In this document: one piece after another, positions 41,449 to 51,474 of the stretch
Numbering within the stretch: the first letter of the stretch is position 1
Layout of the letters: every line of letters begins with the position of its first letter
NCBI GenBank assembly: GCA_043747615.1
Contig: JAYTOU010000077.1
Location: 64,826 to 128,825 of the forward strand
Length of the DNA: 64,000 nucleotides
Direction: 5' to 3'
DNA from: Myxococcales bacterium
GTDB lineage: Bacteria > Myxococcota_A > Polyangia > Polyangiales > Polyangiaceae
Notes under the pieces: generated by a model
The model's database searches: none
Told to the model about the DNA's origin: nothing
Seen by the model: the letters and a program-made list of their open reading frames with translations, nothing else
Program-made: the position numbers and the translations under genes

Positions 41449-41855
41449 CGACAATCGTAGTGACGCCCGGACACTTTCCGAAACCGCGCGGGTATTCGAA
41501 CGGCGTCATCGCGCCGGCCGGACGCCAGCTCTTCATCTCCGGGCAGATCGCCTGGGACGGCGACGCGCACATCGTGAGCCCAGATTTCGCCGTGCAGTTT
41601 CTGCAGGCCCTCGACAACGTGATCTCGGTGGTGAGGGAAGCAGGCGGGGGCACGAAGCACCTCGTGAAGCTCCTAGCTTTCGTGACGGATCTCGATCTCT
41701 ACCGCGCGGCGACGCCGGCCATCGGCGAAGGCTGGCGCGAGCGGATGGGCAAGCATTATCCGGCGATGAGCCTGGTCAAGGTGGCCGGCCTCCTCGAGCC
41801 GGGCGCGCTCGTCGAGATCGAAGGGATCGCCGTTCTTCCCGATGCCCCAACGTGA
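41445..41855 (+). CDS. RidA/YjgF/UK114 family protein
   Basis: PRGYSNG, LFISGQI, HYPAMSLV and LVEIEGIAV. Confidence 0.92.
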   Translation: MTTIVVTPGHFPKPRGYSNGVIAPAGRQLFISGQIAWDGDAHIVSPDFAVQFLQALDNVISVVREAGGGTKHLVKLLAFVTDLDLYRAATPAIGEGWRERMGKHYPAMSLVKVAGLLEPGALVEIEGIAVLPDAPT

Positions 41856-42285
41856 AGTAAACGTCAGCGTGTGGGTGCGCCTCCTCGAGAGTCACAACTT
41901 GATCCTCGGGGAGCTTCGTCACCGCTTGGCCGACGACTGCACGATGGCGCGATTCGACTTGCTCGCAAACCTGGAGCGCGCCGACGGTCAGACCCTCGTT
42001 GCCCTCAGTCGGCGCATGCTGGTCACCGCCGGAAATCTCACGGGCCTCGTCGATCGCGCCGAGCGGGACGGCATGGTGGAGCGGAGGCATGATCCTCGCG
42101 ATCGCAGGGTATTCAGGGTGTTTTTGACGCCAAAAGGAAGGCAGCTCGTGACGGCGCTTCTTCCCGAGCATGCCACGCACGTGAGCGATTTGCTCCGCGG
42201 GCTCCAGTCCGTCGAGCGCCGGGAGCTGCGTCGCCTCCTCGGCAAGCTTCGCGATTCCTTAACCGATGCCGGGGAGCAGAAATGA
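41842..42285 (+). CDS. MarR family transcriptional regulator
   Basis: LSRRMLVTAGNLTGLVDR..DRR..LTPKG. Confidence 0.92.
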   Translation: MPQREVNVSVWVRLLESHNLILGELRHRLADDCTMARFDLLANLERADGQTLVALSRRMLVTAGNLTGLVDRAERDGMVERRHDPRDRRVFRVFLTPKGRQLVTALLPEHATHVSDLLRGLQSVERRELRRLLGKLRDSLTDAGEQK

Positions 42286-43109
42286 CCACGCCTATCGACT
42301 CGAAGACCTTCCGCTACTCCTGCGAAAACGGTGTGGCGACGATCACCTTGAACCGCCCCGATCGTCTGAACTCGCTCACCTTCGAGGTGTACCGCGAGCT
42401 CGGGCAGCTCTTCGCCGAGCTCAACGATCACGACGAAGTGAGGAGCGTTCTTCTCACCGGCGAAGGTCGCGCCTTCTGCTCCGGCGGAGACGTGAACGAC
42501 ATCATCGGCGAGCTCTTCGCGCGCGACATGAAGGGGTTGGTCGACTTCACGCGGGTGACGGGCTCCCTCATCGCCAACATCCGCAAGCTACGGCGGCCGG
42601 TCGTCGCCGCCGTCAACGGGATCGCGGTCGGAGCCGGGGCGGTTATCGCCTTGGCCTGCGATTTTCGGATCGCGAGCGATACCGCAAAGTTCGGCTTCAT
42701 TTTTCCGAAGGTCGGACTGTGCGGCGCCGACATGGGTGCGACCTACTTGCTGCCGCGCGTCGTCGGGCTCGGACGAGCGAGCGAGCTCCTCTTCACGGGA
42801 GACGTTATCAACGCCGACGAGGCACTGCGAATAGGCCTTGTATCCAAGGTAATTCCGCAAGCCGAGTGCGTCTCTGTCGCGCGCGCCTTCGCCGTACGTC
42901 TTGCCTCTGGCCCCGCCTTCGCTCACGCCATGACGAAGCAGATGCTGGAGAGCGAGCACACCATGACGCTCGACGCGGCTATCGAGGCCGAGGCCCAGGC
43001 CCAGGCGATTTGCATGCAGCATCCAGATTTTCGCGCCGCGTACGAAGCGTGGGTGGCGAAGAAGCCAATCCAATTCGCCGGCGCATCGACGACCTTTCGG
43101 GACAAGTGA
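42282..43109 (+). CDS. Enoyl-CoA hydratase/isomerase family protein
   Basis: LNRPDRLN, AFCSGGDV, GAGAVIALACD and GADMGATYLLPR. Confidence 0.93.
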   Translation: MTTPIDSKTFRYSCENGVATITLNRPDRLNSLTFEVYRELGQLFAELNDHDEVRSVLLTGEGRAFCSGGDVNDIIGELFARDMKGLVDFTRVTGSLIANIRKLRRPVVAAVNGIAVGAGAVIALACDFRIASDTAKFGFIFPKVGLCGADMGATYLLPRVVGLGRASELLFTGDVINADEALRIGLVSKVIPQAECVSVARAFAVRLASGPAFAHAMTKQMLESEHTMTLDAAIEAEAQAQAICMQHPDFRAAYEAWVAKKPIQFAGASTTFRDK

Positions 43110-43116
43110 GCTCACC

Positions 43117-44232
43117 GTGAAACTCTCTTCTCTCGACTTGCCGATGTTCTTCGACGCGGGCCACCTGGCGCTCGGCGCGCGCCTCATGGAATCAATCAGC
43201 GAAGCGGACACAGCGCTTCACGTTCCAGAGGAGGTCATCCCTCGCCTGGCAACGCTCGGATTCTTGGAGCTCCTCGTCCCCACGGGAGCGATGAGCGTGC
43301 GCTCTCTTTGCTTGGCGCGCGAGGCGCTGGCGTACGTGTCGGGGCTCGCCGATTCGATCTTCGCCGTGCAAGGGCTCGGCTCGCATCCCATCGTGCTCAC
43401 CCCCGCGTTCCCGGCGCGCGACCGCCTGCTCGCCGAGGCGGTCGGTGGAAAGCGGGTCTGTGCGTTCGCCCTCACCGAGCCCGAAGCAGGAAGCGACGTC
43501 GCCTCCATGCGCACGACCGCGCGACGCGACGGCTCCGAGTGGGTGCTCGACGGCGAAAAAGTTTTCATCTCGAATGTGGGGATCGCTCATCACTTCATCG
43601 TCTTCGCGAATGCCGATCCTCCTTCCAAAAAAGGCATTTCAGCGTTTTTGGTCGACGCCGATGCAGCCGGCCTCACCCTCGCGCGCATGCCGCTAAGCGT
43701 GGCGCATCCGCTCGGTCGCCTCACCATGAAGCGCTGCCGCGTGCCGGAGAGCGCGCTCGTCGGCGAGGTGGGTCACGGCTTGCGCCTAGCCCTCGGGACG
43801 CTCGATGTCTTTCGCACGTCGGTCGGAGCCGCGGCGGTGGGCATGGCGCGCCGGGCGCTGGACGAGACCATCGCACGCGTGAAATCGCGCGAGCAGTTCG
43901 GGCAGAAGCTGGCTTCCTTCCAGCTCACCCAGGCCGCAATCGCCGAGATGGCTACGGAGCTCGATGCCGCACGCCTCCTCGTCTACCGCGCGGCGTGGCA
44001 CAAGGATCACGACCCGCAATCGCGCGAAGGGACGAACGTTGCCATGGCGAAGATGTTTGCAACTGAGGCCGCGCAACGAATCATCGATCGCGCCGTTCAG
44101 CTCCACGGGGGGAGCGGCGTGCTCGAAGGAAGCGTCGTCGAGCGTCTCTACCGAGAAATCAGGCCGCTCCGCATCTACGAAGGGACGACCGAGATCCAGA
44201 AGCTCATCATCGGCGGCGCGCTGATCAAATGA
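43117..44232 (+). CDS. Acyl-CoA dehydrogenase
   Basis: FALTEPEAGSD, GEKVFISN, REQFG and LRIYEGTTEIQK. Confidence 0.95.
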   Translation: MKLSSLDLPMFFDAGHLALGARLMESISEADTALHVPEEVIPRLATLGFLELLVPTGAMSVRSLCLAREALAYVSGLADSIFAVQGLGSHPIVLTPAFPARDRLLAEAVGGKRVCAFALTEPEAGSDVASMRTTARRDGSEWVLDGEKVFISNVGIAHHFIVFANADPPSKKGISAFLVDADAAGLTLARMPLSVAHPLGRLTMKRCRVPESALVGEVGHGLRLALGTLDVFRTSVGAAAVGMARRALDETIARVKSREQFGQKLASFQLTQAAIAEMATELDAARLLVYRAAWHKDHDPQSREGTNVAMAKMFATEAAQRIIDRAVQLHGGSGVLEGSVVERLYREIRPLRIYEGTTEIQKLIIGGALIK

Positions 44233-45671
44233 GTCTCCTCTTCACGCCGCTCACGCTTCGTTCGATGACCATGCCTAACCGCCTAGTCCTTCCAGCCATG
44301 GTCACCCGTCTCTCCGCGGAAGACGGCGTGGTCAACGAGGACATATGTGCAAGGTACACGCGATTCGCCAAGGGCGGCGTGGGTCTGATCGTGGTCGAGG
44401 CCATGGCCGTTCACTCCGCGAAGAGCGGCCCGCTGCTGCGGATCTCGTCAGACGAGTTCACCCCTGGTCTCCGGGATCTCGCCTCGGCATGCCACGACGC
44501 GGGGCCCGGAAAAGTCGTTCCTCAAATCATTCACTTCTTGAAGATCTCGCGCTCCGGCTGGCGTCAGACGGTGGACATGCTCTCTCTCGAGGAGATCGAC
44601 GGGATCGTCGACGCGTATGGAGCCGCGGCGGCACGTGCGCGCGCGTGCGGCTTCGACGGAGTGGAGCTGCACATGGCTCACGCCTATACGCTCAGCTCGT
44701 TCCTTTCGCGCATGAATCCGCGGCGCGACGCGTACGGCGGAACACTCGAAAATCGCCTTCGTTTGCCGCTGCGGGTGATCGAACGGGTTCGAAGCGCCGT
44801 CGGTGAAGACTTCCCGATAGGCGTGCGCTACGTCGGCGAGGAATGCATTCGGAACGGTTACACGGTGCTCGACGCCGCTCCCATCGGCGTGCGCCTGGCC
44901 AAGGCCGGTGCCGACTACCTGTCGCTCTCCGCGGGAGGAAAATTCGAGGACGCGCGGCACATCGCGGGCGAGCCGCTCTACCCGTACACGGGCTACTCGG
45001 GGGATCGCTGCATGCCGGGAGCGAACTATCCAGACGGCGCCAACCTCTACATTCCAGAGGGAGTGCGCGCCGCGGTGCGAGCTGCGGGTCTCGATACGAA
45101 GGTCGTCGCGGTCGGCAAGGTGGGCACCCAGGCCCTCGCCAATCTCGTCCTCGAGCGAGAACAGGGAGACTTGGTGGGCATGGCCCGCGCGCTCCTCGCC
45201 GATCCCGATCTGCCGAAGAAGTGGCGCACGGGAAACGACGCGCGGGTGGTGCGCTGCGTCTATGGAAATGTCTGCAAGGCGCTCGATGAAAATTTTCGCC
45301 GCGTGGACTGCACGTTGTGGCCGAAGAAGCTCGGGCACGCGCCGGAGAGCGACGACACCATTGCCCCCAAATGGGCCGAAACAGGAGCTCAGTTGAGTGC
45401 AGAATACAAGGAAGGGCGGGTGCTCCTCCGCTGGCACGCTGCGACGGACAACGTCGCCATGTACGGCTACCAGGTGTTTCGCGGCGAAGGCTCGGGAATG
45501 CTGACTCACCACGCCAGCGTCCGCAGCGCTTCGGCTCGCTACGAGGATCCGCGGGTGATGGGCGGAGGTTCCTACCGTTATGCGGTGGTGCCCTACGACC
45601 TCGCAGGCAATCGTGGGGAGTCGAGCCCGGAGATGTCGGTCAGCATTCCCGAAGATCACACGGTGACTTGA
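44229..45671 (+). CDS. NADH:flavin oxidoreductase (Old Yellow Enzyme family) fused to a C-terminal FN3 domain
   Basis: NRLVLPAM, GFDGVELHMAHAY, GGTLENRLR and MARALLADPD; tail LRWHAATDNVAMYGYQVFR..YDLAGN. Confidence 0.88.
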   Translation: MSLLFTPLTLRSMTMPNRLVLPAMVTRLSAEDGVVNEDICARYTRFAKGGVGLIVVEAMAVHSAKSGPLLRISSDEFTPGLRDLASACHDAGPGKVVPQIIHFLKISRSGWRQTVDMLSLEEIDGIVDAYGAAAARARACGFDGVELHMAHAYTLSSFLSRMNPRRDAYGGTLENRLRLPLRVIERVRSAVGEDFPIGVRYVGEECIRNGYTVLDAAPIGVRLAKAGADYLSLSAGGKFEDARHIAGEPLYPYTGYSGDRCMPGANYPDGANLYIPEGVRAAVRAAGLDTKVVAVGKVGTQALANLVLEREQGDLVGMARALLADPDLPKKWRTGNDARVVRCVYGNVCKALDENFRRVDCTLWPKKLGHAPESDDTIAPKWAETGAQLSAEYKEGRVLLRWHAATDNVAMYGYQVFRGEGSGMLTHHASVRSASARYEDPRVMGGGSYRYAVVPYDLAGNRGESSPEMSVSIPEDHTVT

Positions 45672-47333
45672 ATGAGCGACGACACACGCATCGCGGCGCC
45701 GCCTCCCCCGACGTTTCCCGAGGCGTTCAACCTCGCCGACTACTTTCTCTTCGACCGGCTCGCGGAGGGCCTCGGACAAAAAGTAGCGCTCCGCTTCGGC
45801 GAGCGCGAGTGGAACTACGAAGCGGTCGCAGACAAAACGAGGCGCTTCGCATCCTGCTTGGCCGACGCCGACGTACGCCGCAGCGAGCGGGTGCTCATCC
45901 TTCTTCCCGACACGCCGCCCTTTGCTTGGGTGTTCTTCGGGACCCTTAAAAATGGCTCTGTGGTGGCCATGGGCAACCCTGACTCGCCGTTTGATCAGCT
46001 CGCGTATCTCGTCGAGTACACGCGCGCGACGGCGATCGTCACCCTCCCCAAGGTGGCCGAGCTTCTGCGCGCGCACATGGATGCCGGGACCTGCGGAAGC
46101 GAAGTTCGTCACGTCTGGGTGGTGCCGGACGCGCCAACGGGCGGCGACCCGGAGGCTCCGTCGAACGTCGTGAAAGCGGCGCGCTTCTCCGAGCTCGCCA
46201 GCGATCTCGATGACGTAAAAGTGCGGAGCCAATTTCCGAAGACCGCCCGCGACGAGACCGCGATCTGGCTCTTCACGAGCGGCTCCACGGGCGAGCCCAA
46301 GGCCAACATCCACACCCACCGCGACTTCGCCTACAACACCGAGGTCTACGCGAAGCGCACCGTGGGCTACGCAGAAGGGGACATCACGGTCAGCGTCCCT
46401 CGCCTCTATTTTGGCTATGCCACCGGGACGAATTTGATGTTCCCGTTCGCGGTAGGCGCCACGGTCGGACTTTTTTCCGAGCGCCCTACCCCCGAGTCGC
46501 TCACCAAAGCCATCGCCACCTACCGGCCCACGGTCATCACCAACGTGCCGACGATGCTCGGAAAGCTCTTGGAGTTCGATCAAAAATCCAAGAGCGAAGG
46601 GGGCGCGGGGCTCGATCTGTCGAGCGTGCGCTTTCAGCTGTCAGCGGGCGAGGCACTCCCCGAAGCCCTTCTTTCGCGCTGGATCGAGCGCTTCGCGAGC
46701 GACGTCTACGACGGCATTGGTTCGGCCGAGATGTTTCACATATATGCCTCGAACCGACCCGGCGACATCAAACCCGGCTCGCTCGGAAAAGTGGTCGACG
46801 GCTACGAGCTCCGTATCTTGCCTGAGGACGCGGAAGGCCCAGGCGCGGCGCCCTGCGCACCCGGCGACATCGGTGTCCTGTGGGTCAAGGGCGACAGCGT
46901 GTCCCTGGGTTATTTCCTCGACCGCGACAAAAGCTGGAAGACGTTCTTCGGCCACTGGTGCCGCACGGGAGATCTCTTCCACGTGGACGAAAGCGGATAC
47001 TTGTACTTTGCAGGTAGATCCGACGAGCTGATCAAAGTGAGCGGGCTGTGGGTGGCGCCGCTCGAGGTCGAAGAGTGTTTGATGCGTCACGAGGCGGTGG
47101 CCCTGGCCGCGGTGATCGGAGCCGAGGACGAAGGGCTCACCAAGCCGAAGGCGTTCATCGTCCTGCGCGCCGGGCACGGGGGCTCCGACGCTTTGCGCAT
47201 CGAGCTACAGGAGTTCGTGAAGGCCCGCCTCTCGAAGCACAAGTATCCCCGCCTTCTCGAGTTCGTGGAGGACGTGCCGAAGAATGACCGCGGCAAGGTG
47301 GACCGGAAGGCCCTTCGCGCCAGACAGACGTAG
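45672..47333 (+). CDS. Benzoate/aminobenzoate-CoA ligase family protein
   Basis: FTSGSTGEPK, SAGEALP, DGIGSAEMFHIY, WCRTGD and HKYPR. Confidence 0.9.
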   Translation: MSDDTRIAAPPPPTFPEAFNLADYFLFDRLAEGLGQKVALRFGEREWNYEAVADKTRRFASCLADADVRRSERVLILLPDTPPFAWVFFGTLKNGSVVAMGNPDSPFDQLAYLVEYTRATAIVTLPKVAELLRAHMDAGTCGSEVRHVWVVPDAPTGGDPEAPSNVVKAARFSELASDLDDVKVRSQFPKTARDETAIWLFTSGSTGEPKANIHTHRDFAYNTEVYAKRTVGYAEGDITVSVPRLYFGYATGTNLMFPFAVGATVGLFSERPTPESLTKAIATYRPTVITNVPTMLGKLLEFDQKSKSEGGAGLDLSSVRFQLSAGEALPEALLSRWIERFASDVYDGIGSAEMFHIYASNRPGDIKPGSLGKVVDGYELRILPEDAEGPGAAPCAPGDIGVLWVKGDSVSLGYFLDRDKSWKTFFGHWCRTGDLFHVDESGYLYFAGRSDELIKVSGLWVAPLEVEECLMRHEAVALAAVIGAEDEGLTKPKAFIVLRAGHGGSDALRIELQEFVKARLSKHKYPRLLEFVEDVPKNDRGKVDRKALRARQT

Positions 47334-48077
47334 ATGCCTATTTTTCTCGATGAATTGTCGACCGAAGAGCTGCGCGCGCTCGGAAAAATTTCCGCCGCGA
47401 TCGTGCCGGTGGGGAGCGTCGAGCCTCACGGTCCGCATCTTTCGCTCGGCACGGACACGACCATCAGCGTGGAGGCTTCGGTCCGCGCGGTGGCACTGCT
47501 ACGCGCGCGAGGCGTCGACGCGTTCGTAGCTCCTAGCATCCCGTACGGGGTCACCGAATACGCGCGTGGCTTTCCCGGCGCGCTCAGCATTCCGCCAGCG
47601 GTGCTCACCAGTTTTCTCCACGCCGTCGTGCAGGCGCTGCTCGGGGAAGGATTTTCCCACGTCTGCCTCGTGAACAACCACCTCGAGCCCGCGCACGATG
47701 AAGCGGTACGCGCCGCCGTTCGCGAGTTTTTGCCCAGACGCGCTTCCGTCGCCTGCCCGCTCACGCGGCGGTGGGCACGCACACTCTCCGACGAATTCAA
47801 GCGCGGGGACTGTCACGCCGGTCGCTACGAGACGTCGCTGGTTCTCGCCGCGAGGGGCCACGTGAGGGACGTACGCGCCGAGCTACCGAAGCTGGCCATC
47901 AGCCTGGCGACCGAGATCAAGGCCGGAAAAAGCACGTTTCGCGAGATGGGCATCGACCGCGCATACACCGGCGCGCCTGCGGAAGGCACGCGCGAGGAAG
48001 GCGAGGAGCTCTACGCCAAGCTTGCCGAGATGATCGCCACCGAAGTCACCGAAGCGATCGCCACGCAGTCGCCGTAG
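47334..48077 (+). CDS. Creatininase family amidohydrolase
   Basis: PVGSVEPHGPHLSLGTD, NNH and HAGRYETS. Confidence 0.88.
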   Translation: MPIFLDELSTEELRALGKISAAIVPVGSVEPHGPHLSLGTDTTISVEASVRAVALLRARGVDAFVAPSIPYGVTEYARGFPGALSIPPAVLTSFLHAVVQALLGEGFSHVCLVNNHLEPAHDEAVRAAVREFLPRRASVACPLTRRWARTLSDEFKRGDCHAGRYETSLVLAARGHVRDVRAELPKLAISLATEIKAGKSTFREMGIDRAYTGAPAEGTREEGEELYAKLAEMIATEVTEAIATQSP

Positions 48078-48083
48078 TGGGGC

Positions 48084-49454
48084 TCAGTCGGAGTTGACGA
48101 GCTTGGGAGTCGATTGATTTTCGAGGTTCGGCCCAATGCCGAGCTGATTGTTCGCGCCCGCCCCCCAGCAGAAGACCTGCCCGGCACCGCCGCCGCCCGC
48201 CGCTTTGGTGCTGACGATTGCGCACGCGTGATCGAATCCCGCGGCTAGAGCGGTCACCCCCACCAAGCTTGCGACGGGCTTCGGCGCGGGGTTCGTTCGC
48301 ATGCCGGGGAGCGTCGTTCCCTGTCCCAGCTGGCCGAGCATGTTCGTTCCCCAGCACGCGACCGTCTTGTCCTTCAATCGCGCGCAGCTGTAGCTCGCGC
48401 CGGTGACGACGGAGTCCACGCCCGAGAGGTTTGCCACGGCCGTCGGCGTAAAGAAGCTCCCGCCAGTATCGGACGCGCCCACTTGGCCAAAAGCATTGTC
48501 TCCCCAGCACGCGGCGCCGAAGATCGCTCCCGACGTCGTTTGAGCGCAAGTGTGCTGTTCCCCTGCTCCGATTGCACCGACGTCGGCACCGCCGGTGGGG
48601 TTCGTGGGGGTGGTCGCACCACCAACGGTGACCATGGGCGGCCCGCCGTCGGCGTTGAGGCCAAGCTCTCCTACCATTTGCGTGCCCCAACAGGTGGACG
48701 TCTTCCCCGTCGAAGCGCAGGTGTGTTTCGGACCGGCCGTGACCGTGAGGACAGCGGTCGCGAAGTTCCCGCCGATGTCCTGCGCCGCGGAGTACTGCCC
48801 AGCAAGCGCAGGATCTCCACCGCTCTGCGCGTAGGTGTTGTCGCCCCAACAAAAGACCGTCGAGCTCGTCGTCGCGCAGGTGTGTCGTTCGCCTGCCGCG
48901 ATCGCGATGACGTTGTGCAGGAAGCCATCTGTGGTCCCGACCTGGAGCACCTGGGTCGGCTGAGGGTGGGGAAGGGTGTCCAGCGTGACCGGGGAATTTC
49001 CCAGCTGGCCGCGATCGTTAAGCCCCCAGCAAAAGACGCTGCCCTCGCCGTCGAGCGCGCACGTGTGATTGTAGCCCGCGGCGACAGCGATGATTGCTTT
49101 GTTGCCGCCGGCCTGGCCGAGCGCGCTGATTTTGACCGGATGATCGGCGCCGTTCGGATACGAGCTCGGGCTCTGGCCAAGCTGTCCGCTCAAGTCGCGG
49201 CCCCAACAGTAGACGCGCCCGTCGCGCACGCCGCACGTGTGGTGCGCACCCGCGGAAACGGAGGTCGCAAGAAAGCCCGAGAGGGGCCCAGCGTCGGACG
49301 AATCCGCGGGCGCGTCGCTGCCACCGCCATCTCCGCCGTCGGTTCTCGTGCCCGCCGTCGGCTCGAAATCACCGAGAATCGCCGTGCAAGCGATGCACGC
49401 GGCGGCAACCGCCCCCAGCCCAAAGAGAAGCGCTCTTCGACCCATCCAAACCAC
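48084..49454 (-). CDS. RCC1-repeat (beta-propeller) lipoprotein
   Basis: Seven AG..HTC..CWG.N..GQLG-type repeats; lipobox IAC. Confidence 0.9.
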   Translation of the reverse strand: MVWMGRRALLFGLGAVAAACIACTAILGDFEPTAGTRTDGGDGGGSDAPADSSDAGPLSGFLATSVSAGAHHTCGVRDGRVYCWGRDLSGQLGQSPSSYPNGADHPVKISALGQAGGNKAIIAVAAGYNHTCALDGEGSVFCWGLNDRGQLGNSPVTLDTLPHPQPTQVLQVGTTDGFLHNVIAIAAGERHTCATTSSTVFCWGDNTYAQSGGDPALAGQYSAAQDIGGNFATAVLTVTAGPKHTCASTGKTSTCWGTQMVGELGLNADGGPPMVTVGGATTPTNPTGGADVGAIGAGEQHTCAQTTSGAIFGAACWGDNAFGQVGASDTGGSFFTPTAVANLSGVDSVVTGASYSCARLKDKTVACWGTNMLGQLGQGTTLPGMRTNPAPKPVASLVGVTALAAGFDHACAIVSTKAAGGGGAGQVFCWGAGANNQLGIGPNLENQSTPKLVNSD

Positions 49455-49538
49455 CTCGCCGACCAGATACTACACGTTCGACTCGCGAGCGCGATTTGAG
49501 TTAAGGTCAATTTCGCTACCTAACGGGAGGACGCATCG

Positions 49539-51449
49539 ATGGCCTATCGCAGAATGATCGTCAGGGGCGGGGCGCTCGTCGCAACGTGTGCATCGGTAAT
49601 CATGGGGGCGGGCGCGCTCCTCGGCGCGTGCGGCGGCGGCGACGAAACGGGCGCGTCGAATCAAGACGCGTCCGCCGAAACGACGATCGAAGGTGGCACG
49701 GGCGTCGTCGACGTGAAGGCCGACAACGTCAAGGTCTACGTCGGCCAGCTCGCCCGCCTCGACGCGGGACAGAGCCGCTCCGCCAGTGGCGGCCCGCTTA
49801 CCCTCGCCTGGACGCTGAAGAGCGTGCCTCCGACCAGCACGATTACGAGCGCTGCATTCAGCGGCGCGACGAGCGAGGTGCTCACGTTCACCCCTGACGT
49901 CGCCGGCGACTATGTCGTCACCGTGACAGGAACTGCGGCGGGCGAGACCGGCACCACGGACGTAACGGCTACCGCCGTGAACGGCCAGCTGTTCTTCATG
50001 CTCACCAACGGCAGCACCAATCCGCCATTCACGGAGATGAACACCGTGCAGATGGACGGCACGGGCCAGCACGCCGTCGATTGCAGGCAGCGCATCACGC
50101 TACCGCTTGGCGACGGCGGGGATCTCGGCGACTCCGGCCTGCCCGCTGGGCGCGCGCTCCTGTTGTTCGCCGCGCTGTTTGCCGATACGGCGGTTGACTC
50201 ATGGGAAGGCCCCGCAGGCACTCCTGCGCGCGCCGCGTTTCAAAATATCGTCTTCGCCGCCGACGGTGGCATCCAAGAGATTGGCCTCGCCGCAGGCACC
50301 GCGGACAACTCCTGCCTCAAGCCCCCCGTGCGCGTTCACAGCCTCTCCCTCGGCGAAAAAACGCCGACCGTTTTCCAACCGCGCTTCTCCCCGAACGGGC
50401 AACGCATTGCCTTCGTCGAAGAACAAGCGTCGGGCAACGAGTTCGTGTCCGTAGTTGGCTTCGACGGGGCCGACTACCACCAGATCGCCAGCTACTGCCC
50501 GGATGTGGATGCAGCCGACATTGCCTGCCACGGGACCACGACGTTCGGACCGCGCCGGCCGCAATGGGTCGACGACTCGCACGTCGGCTGGGCGCGCGAG
50601 CTCGCACGGACCGCCTCGGGGACTGGTTCCGGCTTCGTTGAATCCTCGACGTGGGAGATCGTCACGGCAACCGACTCCGTGGGATCCGTCCCTTTGCGTT
50701 TCATGAGCTGCACGACCGCGTCGATGCCCCTCACGATCGGATTTTTGCCGAACGGTGAAGTCATTGCAAACTACAAACCGAACAGCAAATCCGCGGAGGA
50801 CATCGTCATTCTTTCCCGCGATTCCGGAGGAAATTGCCAGGTCGCGCGAAACCTCACCGCGCTTCCCACCATCGGATCGTTCGCGCGCGACTTTGCGGTT
50901 TCGCCGGACGGCACGCAGATCGCATTCATTCTCCGCCTCACGGCGGCCGACGCCGGCGTCAGCGACGGCGGGATCGATGTGAAGAGTCATGGCGTGCTCT
51001 ACACGGCACCCATCGACGGTAGCTCGCCGCCCAAGAAAGTCAGCCCGAACGCGCTCGCAGCCCTCTTCGGTCCGCGATGGATCGCCGCCGGAACCCAGCT
51101 CGCCTGGAACGGAACGGCCCTTCCGCCCGCCGGCTACGACGCCGGATTCGACACAGAAGCGGCTGGAATCGGAGACGCGGGCGGCGTCCCGGCGATGAAC
51201 GTCATCCGCGCAGATGGAACCGGCCCCGTCGTTCACGCCGCCATCGGCGATCCGCTCAACGGGACCTATGTCATCGGTGGTGGCAACGGGGGAGCGTGCT
51301 CGATCGAGTGCGTTCCCCAGGCCTGCGCGACGCCGGGTTGCGAGGTCGCCACCACGAAAAAGAACGTGACCGGCACCGCGCTCACGGGCTCGAGCCTCCT
51401 CGGCCTCCTGTTCCTCGCCCGCCGCCGCAACCGAAAGACAACCCGCTAG
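49539..51449 (+). CDS. Surface lipoprotein with PKD/Ig-like domain, TolB-like propeller and MYXO-CTERM-like tail
   Basis: GGGAGG SD; lipobox LGAC; PRFSPNGQRIAF and SPDGTQIAF; tail GCEVAT..LLGLLFLARRRNRK. Confidence 0.75.
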   Translation: MAYRRMIVRGGALVATCASVIMGAGALLGACGGGDETGASNQDASAETTIEGGTGVVDVKADNVKVYVGQLARLDAGQSRSASGGPLTLAWTLKSVPPTSTITSAAFSGATSEVLTFTPDVAGDYVVTVTGTAAGETGTTDVTATAVNGQLFFMLTNGSTNPPFTEMNTVQMDGTGQHAVDCRQRITLPLGDGGDLGDSGLPAGRALLLFAALFADTAVDSWEGPAGTPARAAFQNIVFAADGGIQEIGLAAGTADNSCLKPPVRVHSLSLGEKTPTVFQPRFSPNGQRIAFVEEQASGNEFVSVVGFDGADYHQIASYCPDVDAADIACHGTTTFGPRRPQWVDDSHVGWARELARTASGTGSGFVESSTWEIVTATDSVGSVPLRFMSCTTASMPLTIGFLPNGEVIANYKPNSKSAEDIVILSRDSGGNCQVARNLTALPTIGSFARDFAVSPDGTQIAFILRLTAADAGVSDGGIDVKSHGVLYTAPIDGSSPPKKVSPNALAALFGPRWIAAGTQLAWNGTALPPAGYDAGFDTEAAGIGDAGGVPAMNVIRADGTGPVVHAAIGDPLNGTYVIGGGNGGACSIECVPQACATPGCEVATTKKNVTGTALTGSSLLGLLFLARRRNRKTTR

Positions 51450-51474
51450 ACGAAAGCGAACCGCTACGGGGCGC

